IMG/VR virus record: IMGVR_UViG_3300028413_000003
Coordinates: 104,465 to 168,464 of that record
Origin: a virus
Taxonomy: Duplodnaviria > Heunggongvirae > Uroviricota > Caudoviricetes
Length of the DNA stretch: 64,000 bases
Strand: one strand, 5' to 3'
Positions 1 to 9,665 of the stretch are shown one piece after another. Position 1 is the first letter of the stretch, and every line of letters starts with the position of its first letter. The notes beneath the pieces were generated by a model. The model was not told the DNA's origin and searched no databases. It worked only from the letters and a program-made list of their open reading frames with translations. The position numbers were made by a program, and so were the translations under genes.

Positions 1-35
1 TTAAAATACCATAAATATTTAAAACGGAGAACACA

Positions 36-692
36 ATGGCACTAGAACAAATTAATGTAGGTAATACACTAAATGACGGAACAGGCGATGACCTAAGGGC
101 TGCGTTTATTAAAATTAATCAAAACTTTCAAGGACTAGACGTTCTATCTGCTGTAAACACAGGTACCTCCGGTGCCGAAGTTTATGCCGGCGCAATAGAT
201 GGAGTTGCAAACTTTAGGAAATTAGTTGCTGGTAATAATATTGCACTAGACCAGCTTGCTAACACTATTGTTATCAATGGTGTAGCAACCAGCAGTCGAT
301 TTTCTATTACAGGTGATACAAGTAGTTTAATTGCAGGGAATGGAATTAATTTAAATATACAGGGCGCAAATGGTATAGTTGTAGGAGCCGATGCTAATAC
401 AAATACTATTATGATAACAAGCGGAATAAGTTCTCTTAATCAATCACTTGATGCAGACAACAACGACATATCCAACGTAGGAACATTAGCAACTGATAAT
501 ATTATTCCTACCAACATAAACGGGCTTGATTATAATACTATCATAGGAAGATACATCGAGGGGTTTGATTTTGGAACGTTTAATGTTAATTCGTTTAGTA
601 TTCTTGATTGGGTAGTAAGAGAAATTGGAGTCGAGCTGGGCACATTTTCTAATCCATCTCCTGTGTTAATCGACTTAGGTAACATTGTATAA
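36..692 (+). CDS. Baseplate wedge/tail-fibre connector protein, T4 gp9/gp10-like N-terminus
   Basis: N-terminus INVGNTLNDGTGDDLRAAFIKINQNF matches the T4 gp9/gp10 N-terminal motif; SD GGAG and an ATAAATA motif (11-17) upstream. Confidence 0.7.
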   Translation: MALEQINVGNTLNDGTGDDLRAAFIKINQNFQGLDVLSAVNTGTSGAEVYAGAIDGVANFRKLVAGNNIALDQLANTIVINGVATSSRFSITGDTSSLIAGNGINLNIQGANGIVVGADANTNTIMITSGISSLNQSLDADNNDISNVGTLATDNIIPTNINGLDYNTIIGRYIEGFDFGTFNVNSFSILDWVVREIGVELGTFSNPSPVLIDLGNIV

Positions 693-703
693 GGAGTTAT
701 AAT

Positions 704-3700
704 ATGCTGCCAGAATGGACCGTGGCTACAAATCACGAGCTAGGAATAATACAAGAACGAAATGCGGTCAATATAGCTTTACCGTTGGCCAACACCTCGG
801 GGATTACCACATCTATTATTAGTGGAGCACTGCCGGCCGGCTTACGACTCGAGGAAAATAGCATTGTCGGAAGACCTTTTGAAGTAACTACTAACAAGCT
901 GAGCAATTTTGTTATAAGAGCCGTAGGTTCTGACGGAATTGCAGACAGAACATTTAATGTGATTATCCACGGTCCTGATGAGCCAGTGTGGATCACAGCC
1001 GAAGGAAACTTGCCAGTTGGTCCTAACAATGTGTTCTTCATTCTGGACAGTAGTATAATTGATTATCAACTGTTGGCAACAGACACAGATTTGCCAGCAG
1101 GTGATACACTGCAATATTTTGTTGCAGACGGAAGTGGAGACTTGCCGCCGGGTATTGAACTTACATTAGGCGGAAGGCTAATTGGCGTTGTTGATCCTCT
1201 GCTTGCACTAGACCGAAACATAATAAACGGAGGATATGACGTTCCGGTATACGGAAGCTTTCCGTTTGATTATAGCGTGGTGAGCAACAGTGGATTAGAT
1301 AGTTTCTTTTATGATACTACATTGTATGATTTTAGCATTCCAACGCAGAATCCTAAAAAGCTTAATAGAAGATACGAATTCGAAGTAACTGTAACAGATG
1401 GCGATGATTTTGTAAAAAGACGATTTCAAATATACGTTGTTGGTGACGACTTTGCAAGAGCCGATAACACTATAATGAAAGCTGCTGACGGCGTGTTCAC
1501 TGCAGACATGACGTATGTAAGAGCTCCGATTTGGCTAACACCAGCAGACCTTGGTGTCAAACGTGCAGACAATTATATTACTGTTTATTTAGATACTCTT
1601 GAAACAGCGGATGTTACAGGAGAATTGTTTTACTTCTTGGAATCTTATAATCCAGACGGTACTCCTAGTTTACTGCCTTCTGGGATGGCAATTGATCAGC
1701 TAACTGGCGAAGTAGCAGGTCGAGTTTCTTATCAGCCAGCAGTTACTAGGGAATATAAATTTACAGTATCTGCTCAGAGATTTAATAAGTTAACAGGAGT
1801 GGTTACAGTCTTTGGATCGTACGTGTACGATGTGCTAGCAGGAAACACTACTATTAGAATAGGAAAACTTTCAACTTCCTTTACTGATGGCCTGAGTGAT
1901 TTACAGAACCTAGTTGATAAAAAAATTGTCATTGAAGGTACAGGGTATATTGTTGAGTCAGTTAACAATAGTAATCGAAATTATGATACAATTACACTAA
2001 CTACTCCTCTTCTGCCTACATATATTGCACCACCGTTAACAGTCAACCGAACTGCCAACGGGACAGACTTCTTTTTTATAGAGAGTTTGTCGTATAACAA
2101 TATCGATTTTTACTCTGGAAAAAGCTTAAACTTTGGCAGCAACGAATCATATCAAATTGACAACATCTATCCTTACATTGAATGGAAGATCACTTCGCCG
2201 TCTGCCTTAGAGATAGACGAAAACATGCTCAATGGCAGTACATTGGCGGAACATTTAAGTACACCCATTTACCCTGCATACATTACCAATGTGTCTAGTA
2301 CCGAGATTGTATTACTTATCCCAGCTATTGCTAGAAACAGAATCACCACAAATATCAAACAGTTATTTTATAATGCAGATAGCAGTAATGTAACTGCTGA
2401 AATTATTGCAGATGTTGACAGAGTTGCTGTTGACAATGCGTTAACACGGGTTTTTAACAAAGGCCGCACGTTGAGTTTTGGTACTTACACTGGCGGCTTC
2501 TTTACTAGGGCGTTTGCAAGAAACGAAATCGAAGCTGCTAAATCAGATAAGACATTTACGCTTAGATTACTCGGAGAAGTTGACAGTACTATTTCCTGGT
2601 TGACCAATGCTGACTTAGGAACTCTGCAGGCAAACAGAGTTAGCACTATTAGTGTTAATGCCACTACCTCAATCCCTGGGGGATTTTTAAGATACGCATT
2701 AGTCGAAGGCAGTCTTCCACCGGGAATTGTGCTCAAGGCCGACGGAGAACTAGTTGGAAAGGTTCCTGTTAACGGAACTCCAACAGCGCCAGGATTAACC
2801 TTTTTCGATACAGGACAAACTACGTTTGACGGAGGTACATCCACACTTGATAGAGTTTATACGTTTAGTATAATTGCCAGAGATAGATTTGGATTTAGTG
2901 CAATATCGCAGGAATTTACTTTGAGAATTAGCGACTTGGACAACTTGACATACAGTAATATCTTTGTTAGACCATTTTTAAATAGCACACAACGACAATC
3001 ATTCACTTCACTTATCAACAATTCAACACTTATTGATCCTGAAAACGTTTACAGACCAAGTGATCCAAATTTTGGCGTGCAACTAGATCTCAAGTCTTTG
3101 ATCTATGGCGGAATTGAAACATCTAGTATAGAAACCTTTGTAAGTGCCGTTGCTAAAAATCACAAACGCAAAAAGTTCTTTATGGGAAAACTTAAAACAG
3201 CAGTTGCTAAAAAGCCAGGCACATCCAACATTGTCTACGAAATTGTTTATATTGACTTGATTGATCCTGCGCATCCTTTTACAGGTCACACTAGGAATTC
3301 GTTTAGTATCAACAACGGTGCAAATAAAATTACAGCAGACACTAGTAGATATAATGCATTGGACGACATCCCTAGTGATCCTAGGAGATATAGGCCAGCT
3401 ACTGCAAATTCAATAACTGCCGATAGTGATGCAATAAAAATTTCGCAAAGTAGAGATGTAAAAAAGTATATTGCTAATATCGATAACATGCGAGAAAACA
3501 TCAAAGCAACAGGAACAAGTTCGCGAGACTTCTTGCCCTTATGGATGAGAACGGCACAAGATGGTGGGCAAGTTGAGCTGGGTTATGTTTTGGCAATTCC
3601 ACTAATTTACTGCAAGCCAGGAACTAGTAAGTTTATACAACAAAACATATTAAACGCCGGGTTTGACTTTACAAGTATTAACTACGATATAGATAGGTAC

Positions 3701-3772
3701 ATAGTTGACACTACAACTGGCAACAGCAACGAACAATATATATTGTTCGCAAATTATCAATTCAACGTGTAA
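704..3772 (+). CDS. Large virion/baseplate protein with repeated Ig-like modules
   Basis: 1022 aa; repeated G-x-LP-x-G-(L/I) starts of Ig/cadherin-like modules (GALPAGL, GDLPPGI, LLPSGM, GSLPPGI); SD AAGGAG; structural-gene context. Confidence 0.6.
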   Translation: MLPEWTVATNHELGIIQERNAVNIALPLANTSGITTSIISGALPAGLRLEENSIVGRPFEVTTNKLSNFVIRAVGSDGIADRTFNVIIHGPDEPVWITAEGNLPVGPNNVFFILDSSIIDYQLLATDTDLPAGDTLQYFVADGSGDLPPGIELTLGGRLIGVVDPLLALDRNIINGGYDVPVYGSFPFDYSVVSNSGLDSFFYDTTLYDFSIPTQNPKKLNRRYEFEVTVTDGDDFVKRRFQIYVVGDDFARADNTIMKAADGVFTADMTYVRAPIWLTPADLGVKRADNYITVYLDTLETADVTGELFYFLESYNPDGTPSLLPSGMAIDQLTGEVAGRVSYQPAVTREYKFTVSAQRFNKLTGVVTVFGSYVYDVLAGNTTIRIGKLSTSFTDGLSDLQNLVDKKIVIEGTGYIVESVNNSNRNYDTITLTTPLLPTYIAPPLTVNRTANGTDFFFIESLSYNNIDFYSGKSLNFGSNESYQIDNIYPYIEWKITSPSALEIDENMLNGSTLAEHLSTPIYPAYITNVSSTEIVLLIPAIARNRITTNIKQLFYNADSSNVTAEIIADVDRVAVDNALTRVFNKGRTLSFGTYTGGFFTRAFARNEIEAAKSDKTFTLRLLGEVDSTISWLTNADLGTLQANRVSTISVNATTSIPGGFLRYALVEGSLPPGIVLKADGELVGKVPVNGTPTAPGLTFFDTGQTTFDGGTSTLDRVYTFSIIARDRFGFSAISQEFTLRISDLDNLTYSNIFVRPFLNSTQRQSFTSLINNSTLIDPENVYRPSDPNFGVQLDLKSLIYGGIETSSIETFVSAVAKNHKRKKFFMGKLKTAVAKKPGTSNIVYEIVYIDLIDPAHPFTGHTRNSFSINNGANKITADTSRYNALDDIPSDPRRYRPATANSITADSDAIKISQSRDVKKYIANIDNMRENIKATGTSSRDFLPLWMRTAQDGGQVELGYVLAIPLIYCKPGTSKFIQQNILNAGFDFTSINYDIDRYIVDTTTGNSNEQYILFANYQFNV

Positions 3773-3806
3773 CAACGATAAATAATTAAAAGTTAAGGAT
3801 TAACAA

Positions 3807-4370
3807 ATGGCCAGTAAACTTATTAGTACAACAATAGACGAAAACTTCCCAGTAGCAGGGCAAGACAACGACAGTCAAGGATTCCGTGACAACTTCAATA
3901 TTGTCAAGACAGCATTGGGTATTGCAGGGGCGGAAATTACAGAATTACAAGAAGAATCTGTATCCAAAGTTGTCGACAACAACTTTGGTAATAATTCAAT
4001 TATACAAGCTAATTTTCAATCGTGTACAGTTGAATCAAACCTAACAGACGCAAATATTCCGTTAGTAGGCTCGGACTTAAATATTAGTTGGATAGACGGC
4101 CCGTCAGTATACGTTGTATCGGTTGATAACGATAGAACATTTAATATTTCTAATATGCCAGATGCGCAATATGCAGTAATGAGATTTGTTTTACTAGCCG
4201 ACGATACACCTAGAAACGTTATATTTTCTCTTGTAGATGGCACAGTAAAAGTTGGAAGTAACTCTGTTAACCCAGTGGTAGTAACATCATCAACTAATCC
4301 AGTTGTTGTTGAAGTTTTCAGTTATGACAACACAGTATTATTTTTAAGAACAATTGGTGAGTTTTCTTAA
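3807..4370 (+). CDS. Putative virion structural protein
   Basis: 187 aa ORF after a GATAAATA motif (3777-3784) and SD AAGGA; beta-rich C-terminus. Confidence 0.5.
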   Translation: MASKLISTTIDENFPVAGQDNDSQGFRDNFNIVKTALGIAGAEITELQEESVSKVVDNNFGNNSIIQANFQSCTVESNLTDANIPLVGSDLNISWIDGPSVYVVSVDNDRTFNISNMPDAQYAVMRFVLLADDTPRNVIFSLVDGTVKVGSNSVNPVVVTSSTNPVVVEVFSYDNTVLFLRTIGEFS

Positions 4371-4609
4371 TGCATCCTAATTTACAAGATCTGTTAGCAA
4401 TGACAGATCGCGATATCGAAAGTAAGATTGCAAGATTGAATTCTATTTACTTTATGACAACAGACGAAGATGTTCGACACCAAATGATATTGTTGCTGGA
4501 TACGTTTAAAGTAGAGCAACAAACTCGCACACTGGCTGCAAAGAAAAAACAAGCAGAAAACCGCAAACCCGGCGATAATGATCTTGACAGTTTAATAAGA
4601 GTAAGCTAA
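4370..4609 (+). CDS. Hypothetical protein
   Basis: 79 aa ORF coupled to the previous stop (TAATG). Confidence 0.6.
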   Translation: MHPNLQDLLAMTDRDIESKIARLNSIYFMTTDEDVRHQMILLLDTFKVEQQTRTLAAKKKQAENRKPGDNDLDSLIRVS

Positions 4610-4612
4610 TAT
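4584..4612 (+). promoter_or_regulatory. Sigma70-type promoter
   Basis: TTGACA-17 bp-TAATAT immediately before ATG 4618. Confidence 0.6.
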
Positions 4613-4617
4613 AAGCT

Positions 4618-5172
4618 ATGCTCTTAAAAACTGACGACCTAGGGGTCCTACGATTTAACAATAGAAATTTAATGGATATGATTTACCACGGACACTTGGA
4701 AAAGTGTCATATGGTCCTCTGTGATCCAAGCGACGATGTTGACAAGTTTAATGCAAGGGCAGAGGAACTAGGATGCAATCTACTTATGCAGTATGTGCCG
4801 ATTGATGTTGACCAAAAGACCTTTGACGGAGTATGTCAGAGTGAATGGTACATGCCAGCCGAGTACAAGAATTTGAATCTGTTATCCTACCTTAGAAACG
4901 CATGTGCAGCTCGTCTAGGATGCACTATAAACGAATTAGATCGTTATCCAAATTGGAATAGAACACTACAAGAATTAACAGAGTTTATCCAAAGAGGTAT
5001 GGAAAACGTGCTACGTTATATGGTTTATCTTGTGGACTTTATGCGCAAAAACGATATTGTATGGGGTGTGGGCAGAGGCAGCAGCGTTTCGAGTTACGTA
5101 TTGTTTTTAATTGGTGTACACCGAATTGACAGTGTTGAACACAACCTAGACTGGAAAGAATTTCTAAGATAA
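4618..5172 (+). CDS. Short DNA polymerase III alpha (DnaE)-like fragment
   Basis: YMVYLVDFMRKNDIVWGVGRGSSVSSYVLFLIGVHRIDS resembles the DnaE motif [23 protein letters not shown]; only 184 aa. Confidence 0.7.
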   Translation: MLLKTDDLGVLRFNNRNLMDMIYHGHLEKCHMVLCDPSDDVDKFNARAEELGCNLLMQYVPIDVDQKTFDGVCQSEWYMPAEYKNLNLLSYLRNACAARLGCTINELDRYPNWNRTLQELTEFIQRGMENVLRYMVYLVDFMRKNDIVWGVGRGSSVSSYVLFLIGVHRIDSVEHNLDWKEFLR

Positions 5173-5202
5173 AGAATTGTATTCCAGATGTTCAATTACT
5201 GA

Positions 5203-5231
5203 TTGACACTAGTCATAAGTAATGTTACATT
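5203..5231 (+). promoter_or_regulatory. Sigma70-type promoter
   Basis: TTGACA-17 bp-TACATT upstream of SD AAGGAG and ATG 5246. Confidence 0.45.
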
Positions 5232-5245
5232 ATAAGGAGATATAA

Positions 5246-5626
5246 ATGAAACAATCAGGTCGTAAAGTCTATAGAAGTGCTAATGGTAAGAACATTGACC
5301 TTGATCTCTTGATTTCTCGAAACGAACTAACTCCAGCAGTCGGTAATGCCAAAGTTAACGCACGCGGCGACGAACTAGGACCAGGTGGAAGAATAGTTCG
5401 AAAAAAAGAAGACGTATTAAAGGACTATTACACTCAGCAGTCAGGAGTAGCAGACGAACCTGTTATGAAGCAGACAACACTGTCTACGCCTCCATCTGAA
5501 GTAGTAGTAAAAAAAGAAATTGAGAAGCCAAAACCTACTACTGCACAACTCGACAAGTGGATCGAGGACGACGATGGAAATTTTGTTCAAGACAAATCTA
5601 AAAGTTCTACAGCTAAGAAAAGGTGA
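5246..5626 (+). CDS. Hypothetical protein
   Basis: 126 aa ORF with strong SD AAGGAG. Confidence 0.65.
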   Translation: MKQSGRKVYRSANGKNIDLDLLISRNELTPAVGNAKVNARGDELGPGGRIVRKKEDVLKDYYTQQSGVADEPVMKQTTLSTPPSEVVVKKEIEKPKPTTAQLDKWIEDDDGNFVQDKSKSSTAKKR

Positions 5627-5629
5627 TTA

Positions 5630-6037
5630 ATGGCAGGAAATTTTAACAAGGTTTTTAAAGGTGATTTAAAACCCATACACGACAGAGTTATTGTAAAAGA
5701 CATGCATTTTGGAGAACAAAAAACTCAAAGTGGATTGATTATAGGCGATGATAACGGAACAACGCGCGGCGTTTATGCACGTTGGGGACAAGTTCACGCC
5801 AAAGGAGCAACCAATAAAGACAGCTATAGTGTTGGCGATTGGATCCTAGTTGAACATGGTAGGTGGACCAGAGGTCTGAATGTCGACAGCGGATCCGGGC
5901 CTACTGAACTGCGCATGGTTGATCCAGCCGCAGTCATGGGGTGGCAGTCTGAAAAGCCAACTGGGTTAACATTTGGCAAAGAATACAAAGACGGAGAAGG
6001 CGCAACGTTTGATCCACAAGATTTTGTGAGAGTGTAA
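5630..6037 (+). CDS. groES: GroES-like co-chaperonin
   Basis: LKPIHDRVIVK...SGLIIGD...G.V.A.G...VGDWILV matches the Cpn10 pattern; C-terminal extension. Confidence 0.8.
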   Translation: MAGNFNKVFKGDLKPIHDRVIVKDMHFGEQKTQSGLIIGDDNGTTRGVYARWGQVHAKGATNKDSYSVGDWILVEHGRWTRGLNVDSGSGPTELRMVDPAAVMGWQSEKPTGLTFGKEYKDGEGATFDPQDFVRV

Positions 6038-6705
6038 TGGTAAAATTTTATAAATTATTAAATAATATTAGAATTTATTCAGAAAATGCAGTTGATCCAA
6101 CTACAAATGTTGAGGGTACTAGGTTTTTTCATATTAAAAAAGACGGTAACCCACAATACTTCCAGTGTAGATGTAGTGGCGAGATCTATACCGGGTGGGC
6201 CGCGTCTGTGTTAGAAGAAACAATCGATAAAGAATTAACAGCAGAAATAGAGAAGCATTTTATGACTACACATTACATCGAAACTGGCGATTTACCGACA
6301 GAAGAAGCTAAAGAATTTGTAGAATCTTACTACGCAAAGCATATAGAACCAGTGACTCCATTTAAAGATATTGATAACTTTCAAATAGCATGCGATCAAT
6401 TACCTAGTAAAGAAAATTACAACATGTACCTCAGTTTGATTGAGGAAGAATATGGTGAGTTGCAAGATGCTATTGACGACAATGATAAAGTAGAGCAACT
6501 AGATGCACTTATAGATATTCTAGTTGTAACTATGGGTGCTATTCGAACAGGTGGATTCGACGGCGAAGGCGCGTGGAAAGAAGTAATGCGCACCAACTTT
6601 GCCAAGGTAGACCCCGAAACAGGAAAAGTAAGGCGCCGTGAAGACGGGAAGATATTGAAACCGACCAATTGGCAAGGTCCAGCACTAGCACAATTTATAA
6701 AGTAA
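6037..6705 (+). CDS. MazG/PRA-PH-like NTP pyrophosphohydrolase with an unknown N-terminal domain
   Basis: C-half LIEEEYGEL...EQLDALIDILVVTMG...EVMRTNFAK...REDGKILKP matches all-alpha NTP pyrophosphatases. Confidence 0.75.
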   Translation: MVKFYKLLNNIRIYSENAVDPTTNVEGTRFFHIKKDGNPQYFQCRCSGEIYTGWAASVLEETIDKELTAEIEKHFMTTHYIETGDLPTEEAKEFVESYYAKHIEPVTPFKDIDNFQIACDQLPSKENYNMYLSLIEEEYGELQDAIDDNDKVEQLDALIDILVVTMGAIRTGGFDGEGAWKEVMRTNFAKVDPETGKVRRREDGKILKPTNWQGPALAQFIK

Positions 6706-6720
6706 CTTCTAAACTTTAAC

Positions 6721-6749
6721 TTGACTCCTTGATGATCGCATGTTAATAT
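6721..6749 (+). promoter_or_regulatory. Sigma70-type promoter
   Basis: TTGACT-17 bp-TAATAT, then SD AAGGAG (6761) and ATG 6774. Confidence 0.55.
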
Positions 6750-6773
6750 ATGTTATTATCAAGGAGTTTTTTT

Positions 6774-7313
6774 ATGGCCTTACATGGCACAATTGATTTG
6801 GAGACATTGGATGTTGTCCCAAGCGCGACAGTATTAAGTTTAGGTGCTGTAAAGTTTAACCCGTTCAGCATGACTGCTGAACCACATTCAGAACTGTATC
6901 TTAAAATATTAATAGACGATCAAGACAAACTGGGCAGGACCAGCAGTGACAGCACAATTGCATGGTGGGGGAAACAAGACCCTGCTATTATGGAAGAAAC
7001 TTTTGACCAGACAGGCGCTGTCACTGTTGAAGAAGCCCTTCAACAAGTAAGCAAATGGAGCATGGGAGTAGATGAGTTCTGGGGCCAAGGTTATGGCTTT
7101 GACTTTACAATGCTAGAAGATATGTATCGCAGCATCGGAAAACCTATTCCGTGGCAGTTTTGGCAGGTAATGGACAGTCGGACAATTACTAGACGCATGC
7201 CCAAGGACCCGCGCAAGGATATGCAAACTTCTTTGCACAACGCACTGGCCGATGCATACTACCAAGCAAAGTCAATTCAAATTATGTTTGATCACAACGG
7301 ATGGAAAAAGTGA
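6774..7313 (+). CDS. DEDDh 3'-5' exonuclease (RNase AS/Rv2179c-like)
   Basis: IDLETL...WGQGYGFDFTMLE...DSRT...HNALADAYYQA; start moved to ATG 6774 after the SD. Confidence 0.8.
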   Translation: MALHGTIDLETLDVVPSATVLSLGAVKFNPFSMTAEPHSELYLKILIDDQDKLGRTSSDSTIAWWGKQDPAIMEETFDQTGAVTVEEALQQVSKWSMGVDEFWGQGYGFDFTMLEDMYRSIGKPIPWQFWQVMDSRTITRRMPKDPRKDMQTSLHNALADAYYQAKSIQIMFDHNGWKK

Positions 7314-7492
7314 CAACAGTCGATCTACAATCATTAAACAACGAAGTCGGAATAGGAACGTTGGAAGCTGTTCAGTGGTTATTGTTTAATCACGGGCCCA
7401 TAAGTGAAGGCAAGTGGGACATGAAAGAACTAAGATACGTAACTTTTAAAAACGGCATTGATGCAACCTACTTTATATTGAAATGGAGTTAA
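7301..7492 (+). CDS. Small hypothetical phage protein
   Basis: 63 aa ending FKNGIDATYFILKWS, a F-x-x-x-x-D-x-T-x-F-x-LK motif also seen in 43094-43531. Confidence 0.55.
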   Translation: MEKVTTVDLQSLNNEVGIGTLEAVQWLLFNHGPISEGKWDMKELRYVTFKNGIDATYFILKWS

Positions 7493-7495
7493 TAC

Positions 7496-7765
7496 GTGGA
7501 TAAACACCGATTACAGGAATTAGCTGGCAACGCGCCAGTGCCGCTACCTATGCGATGGTTTGATTACTATGCAGTGTTTATAGTTGCTGACTGGTCATCG
7601 GTCTTGTTATTCACTGGTATTAATTACGAAGGCACTTACCGGATTGCACCAGTGCTGCTTGTAGGTGCTGCTGTTCTACTAATTCAAGCATGGATTAAAA
7701 TTTATTGTCCATTTCGAAGAGAACAAGAGCTAAAGAGGTTGTACAAATTCAATGACCAAGGATAA
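7496..7765 (+). CDS. Hypothetical membrane protein
   Basis: 89 aa with two hydrophobic segments. Confidence 0.55.
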   Translation: MDKHRLQELAGNAPVPLPMRWFDYYAVFIVADWSSVLLFTGINYEGTYRIAPVLLVGAAVLLIQAWIKIYCPFRREQELKRLYKFNDQG

Positions 7766-7815
7766 TGTCCAAACGTTTGAAACAAAGATTGAAAACTTAA
7801 AATAAAGGAACAGCA

Positions 7816-8040
7816 ATGGATAGCTTAGAAGATAGACTAACACAGTTAGCAGGCAGGCTAACAAAACTCGAAGAGCATTATACCAACACTACCAAAGAAG
7901 AGCTGACAGCCGAAGAGAAAGCACTCCTTGAGCAGTTAGATGCCACAATTAATTCATTGGACGAAGTATACCAAGAAGAAGCGGCTGCTAGACATGAACA
8001 AGCAGCGGATCCGCAAGACAAAGATGGGAACAGCATATGA
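7816..8040 (+). CDS. Hypothetical acidic coiled-coil protein
   Basis: 74 aa; SD AAAGGA; overlaps the next start. Confidence 0.55.
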   Translation: MDSLEDRLTQLAGRLTKLEEHYTNTTKEELTAEEKALLEQLDATINSLDEVYQEEAAARHEQAADPQDKDGNSI

Positions 8041-8957
8041 AAGAATTATGGACAGACAAGTACCGGCCTAAAACAATAGATGGGTATGTGTTTCGCGACG
8101 ACCAGCAACACTCGCAGGTAAAACAGTGGATAACCGGAAAGTCAATTCCGCATTTGATCTTATCTGGTACAGCGGGCACAGGAAAGACGTCAATGGCTAA
8201 AATGCTGATACACGAGCTTGATGTAGAAGACATGGATGTAATGGAAGTTAACGCTAGTAGAGAAACTGGAATTGACTTCATTCGTGATAGAATTGTTCCG
8301 TTCCTCAACACTATTCCATGGGGTGATTTCAAGGTAGTACTGTTAGACGAAGCAGACCGGCTGTCACCGCAGGGACAAGATTCACTGAAAGGTATCATTG
8401 AACAGTATTCTCCGTATGCTAGATTTATTATGACCACCAATAAGCCTAACATGATATCTCCGCCGTTGCACAGTCGATGCTTGCAATTCCACTTTGCTAA
8501 AATTGACCAAGTTGAATTTACTGCAAGAGTGGCACATGTTCTTATAGAAGAAAAAATACAGTTTGACATCGAAACGCTGGACAAGTATGTTAAAATTACA
8601 TACCCTGACTTACGGAAATGCATCGGTCTTATACAAGAGAATTCGATCAATGGATCTCTTACCTCTGCTGAGAAAGCTGACACCGGAATAGCTGACTGGA
8701 AAGTTAAAATGGTTGACTTGTTTAAAGAAGGCAAGATACACGATGCACGAAAGTTATTGTGCGGAACTGTTCGTTCAGACGATATGGAAGAAATTTATCG
8801 TTGGCTGTACGACAACATCGACTTGTTTGGCGAAGAAGAAAAACAGCAAAACGCAACACTTATAATCAAGCAGGGCCTAGTGGATCATACACTTGTGGCT
8901 GATCCTGAAATTAACCTAAGTGCAACCTTAATTAGATTGGCAAGATTAGATGTCTGA
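8037..8957 (+). CDS. Clamp loader AAA+ subunit (RFC small subunit/T4 gp44-like)
   Basis: LWTDKYRPKTI, Walker A GTAGTGKT, EVNAS, Walker B VLLDEAD, SRC motif. Confidence 0.92.
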   Translation: MKELWTDKYRPKTIDGYVFRDDQQHSQVKQWITGKSIPHLILSGTAGTGKTSMAKMLIHELDVEDMDVMEVNASRETGIDFIRDRIVPFLNTIPWGDFKVVLLDEADRLSPQGQDSLKGIIEQYSPYARFIMTTNKPNMISPPLHSRCLQFHFAKIDQVEFTARVAHVLIEEKIQFDIETLDKYVKITYPDLRKCIGLIQENSINGSLTSAEKADTGIADWKVKMVDLFKEGKIHDARKLLCGTVRSDDMEEIYRWLYDNIDLFGEEEKQQNATLIIKQGLVDHTLVADPEINLSATLIRLARLDV

Positions 8958-9207
8958 TAGAAAATTAAAGTTTATTTGGAAAACAGTATTAACTGCTATA
9001 AAATTTCCGTTTTTGATTTATATAGGAGTACTTCCATTTATTACAATATTTGGGCTTGCTCGAGGAATGCCTTTTCTTCCGGTGATGCTTACCCTATTAT
9101 TAATTGTTGGAATAATTTCCGAAGTAATTAGTGCTATACTACAAGCCAGAGATGTATTATTTCTTGAAAATAAGGATATGATTGCTACACTAAAAGGCAA
9201 GGAATGA
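8950..9207 (+). CDS. Hypothetical membrane protein
   Basis: 85 aa, two predicted TM helices. Confidence 0.55.
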   Translation: MSDRKLKFIWKTVLTAIKFPFLIYIGVLPFITIFGLARGMPFLPVMLTLLLIVGIISEVISAILQARDVLFLENKDMIATLKGKE

Positions 9208-9338
9208 CGTATATTGTAAACAATTTGGAGGATACACTAAATGCATCACACATTACATAAACATACGCAAGTATGTTCCGATCAGGGCCGGCAGTCCTGT
9301 ATAGGAGGCTTTGGCGGACTATGACATATATTGTAAAC
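9204..9338 (+). repeat. Duplicated ferredoxin start; upstream copy opens an 18-aa mini-ORF (9204-9260)
   Basis: ATGACGTATATTGTAAAC (9204) vs ATGACATATATTGTAAAC (9321), 17/18 identical, both encoding MTYIVN. Confidence 0.7.
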
Positions 9339-9665
9339 GACGCTTGCATTATGTGCAAGTATACAGATTGTGTTGAAGTCTGCCCTTAGCCAGTAGATTG
9401 TTTCTACGAAGGAGAGAACATGTTGGTCATACATCCGGACGAATGCATTGATTGCGGAGTGTGCGAGCCCGAATGTCCTGCAGATGCAATACTTCCTGAC
9501 ACTGCGCCAGGAGCAGAAGAATGGGTCGAATTCAATCTCAAATATTCTGAGATATGGCCTGTTATTATTAGTAAGAAAGACCAATTGCCGACTGCTGTCG
9601 AAATGGACGGAAAAGAAGGTAAAATGAAATATTTTTCAAAGGAACCCGGAAATGAAGATGAATAG
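9321..9665 (+). pseudogene. fdxA: 7Fe dicluster ferredoxin (FdxA-type) with a 6-nt in-frame insertion containing TAG; pseudogene or recoded gene
   Basis: From ATG 9321 (SD AGGAGG): [56 protein letters not shown]; TAG at 9387-9389. Confidence 0.85.
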
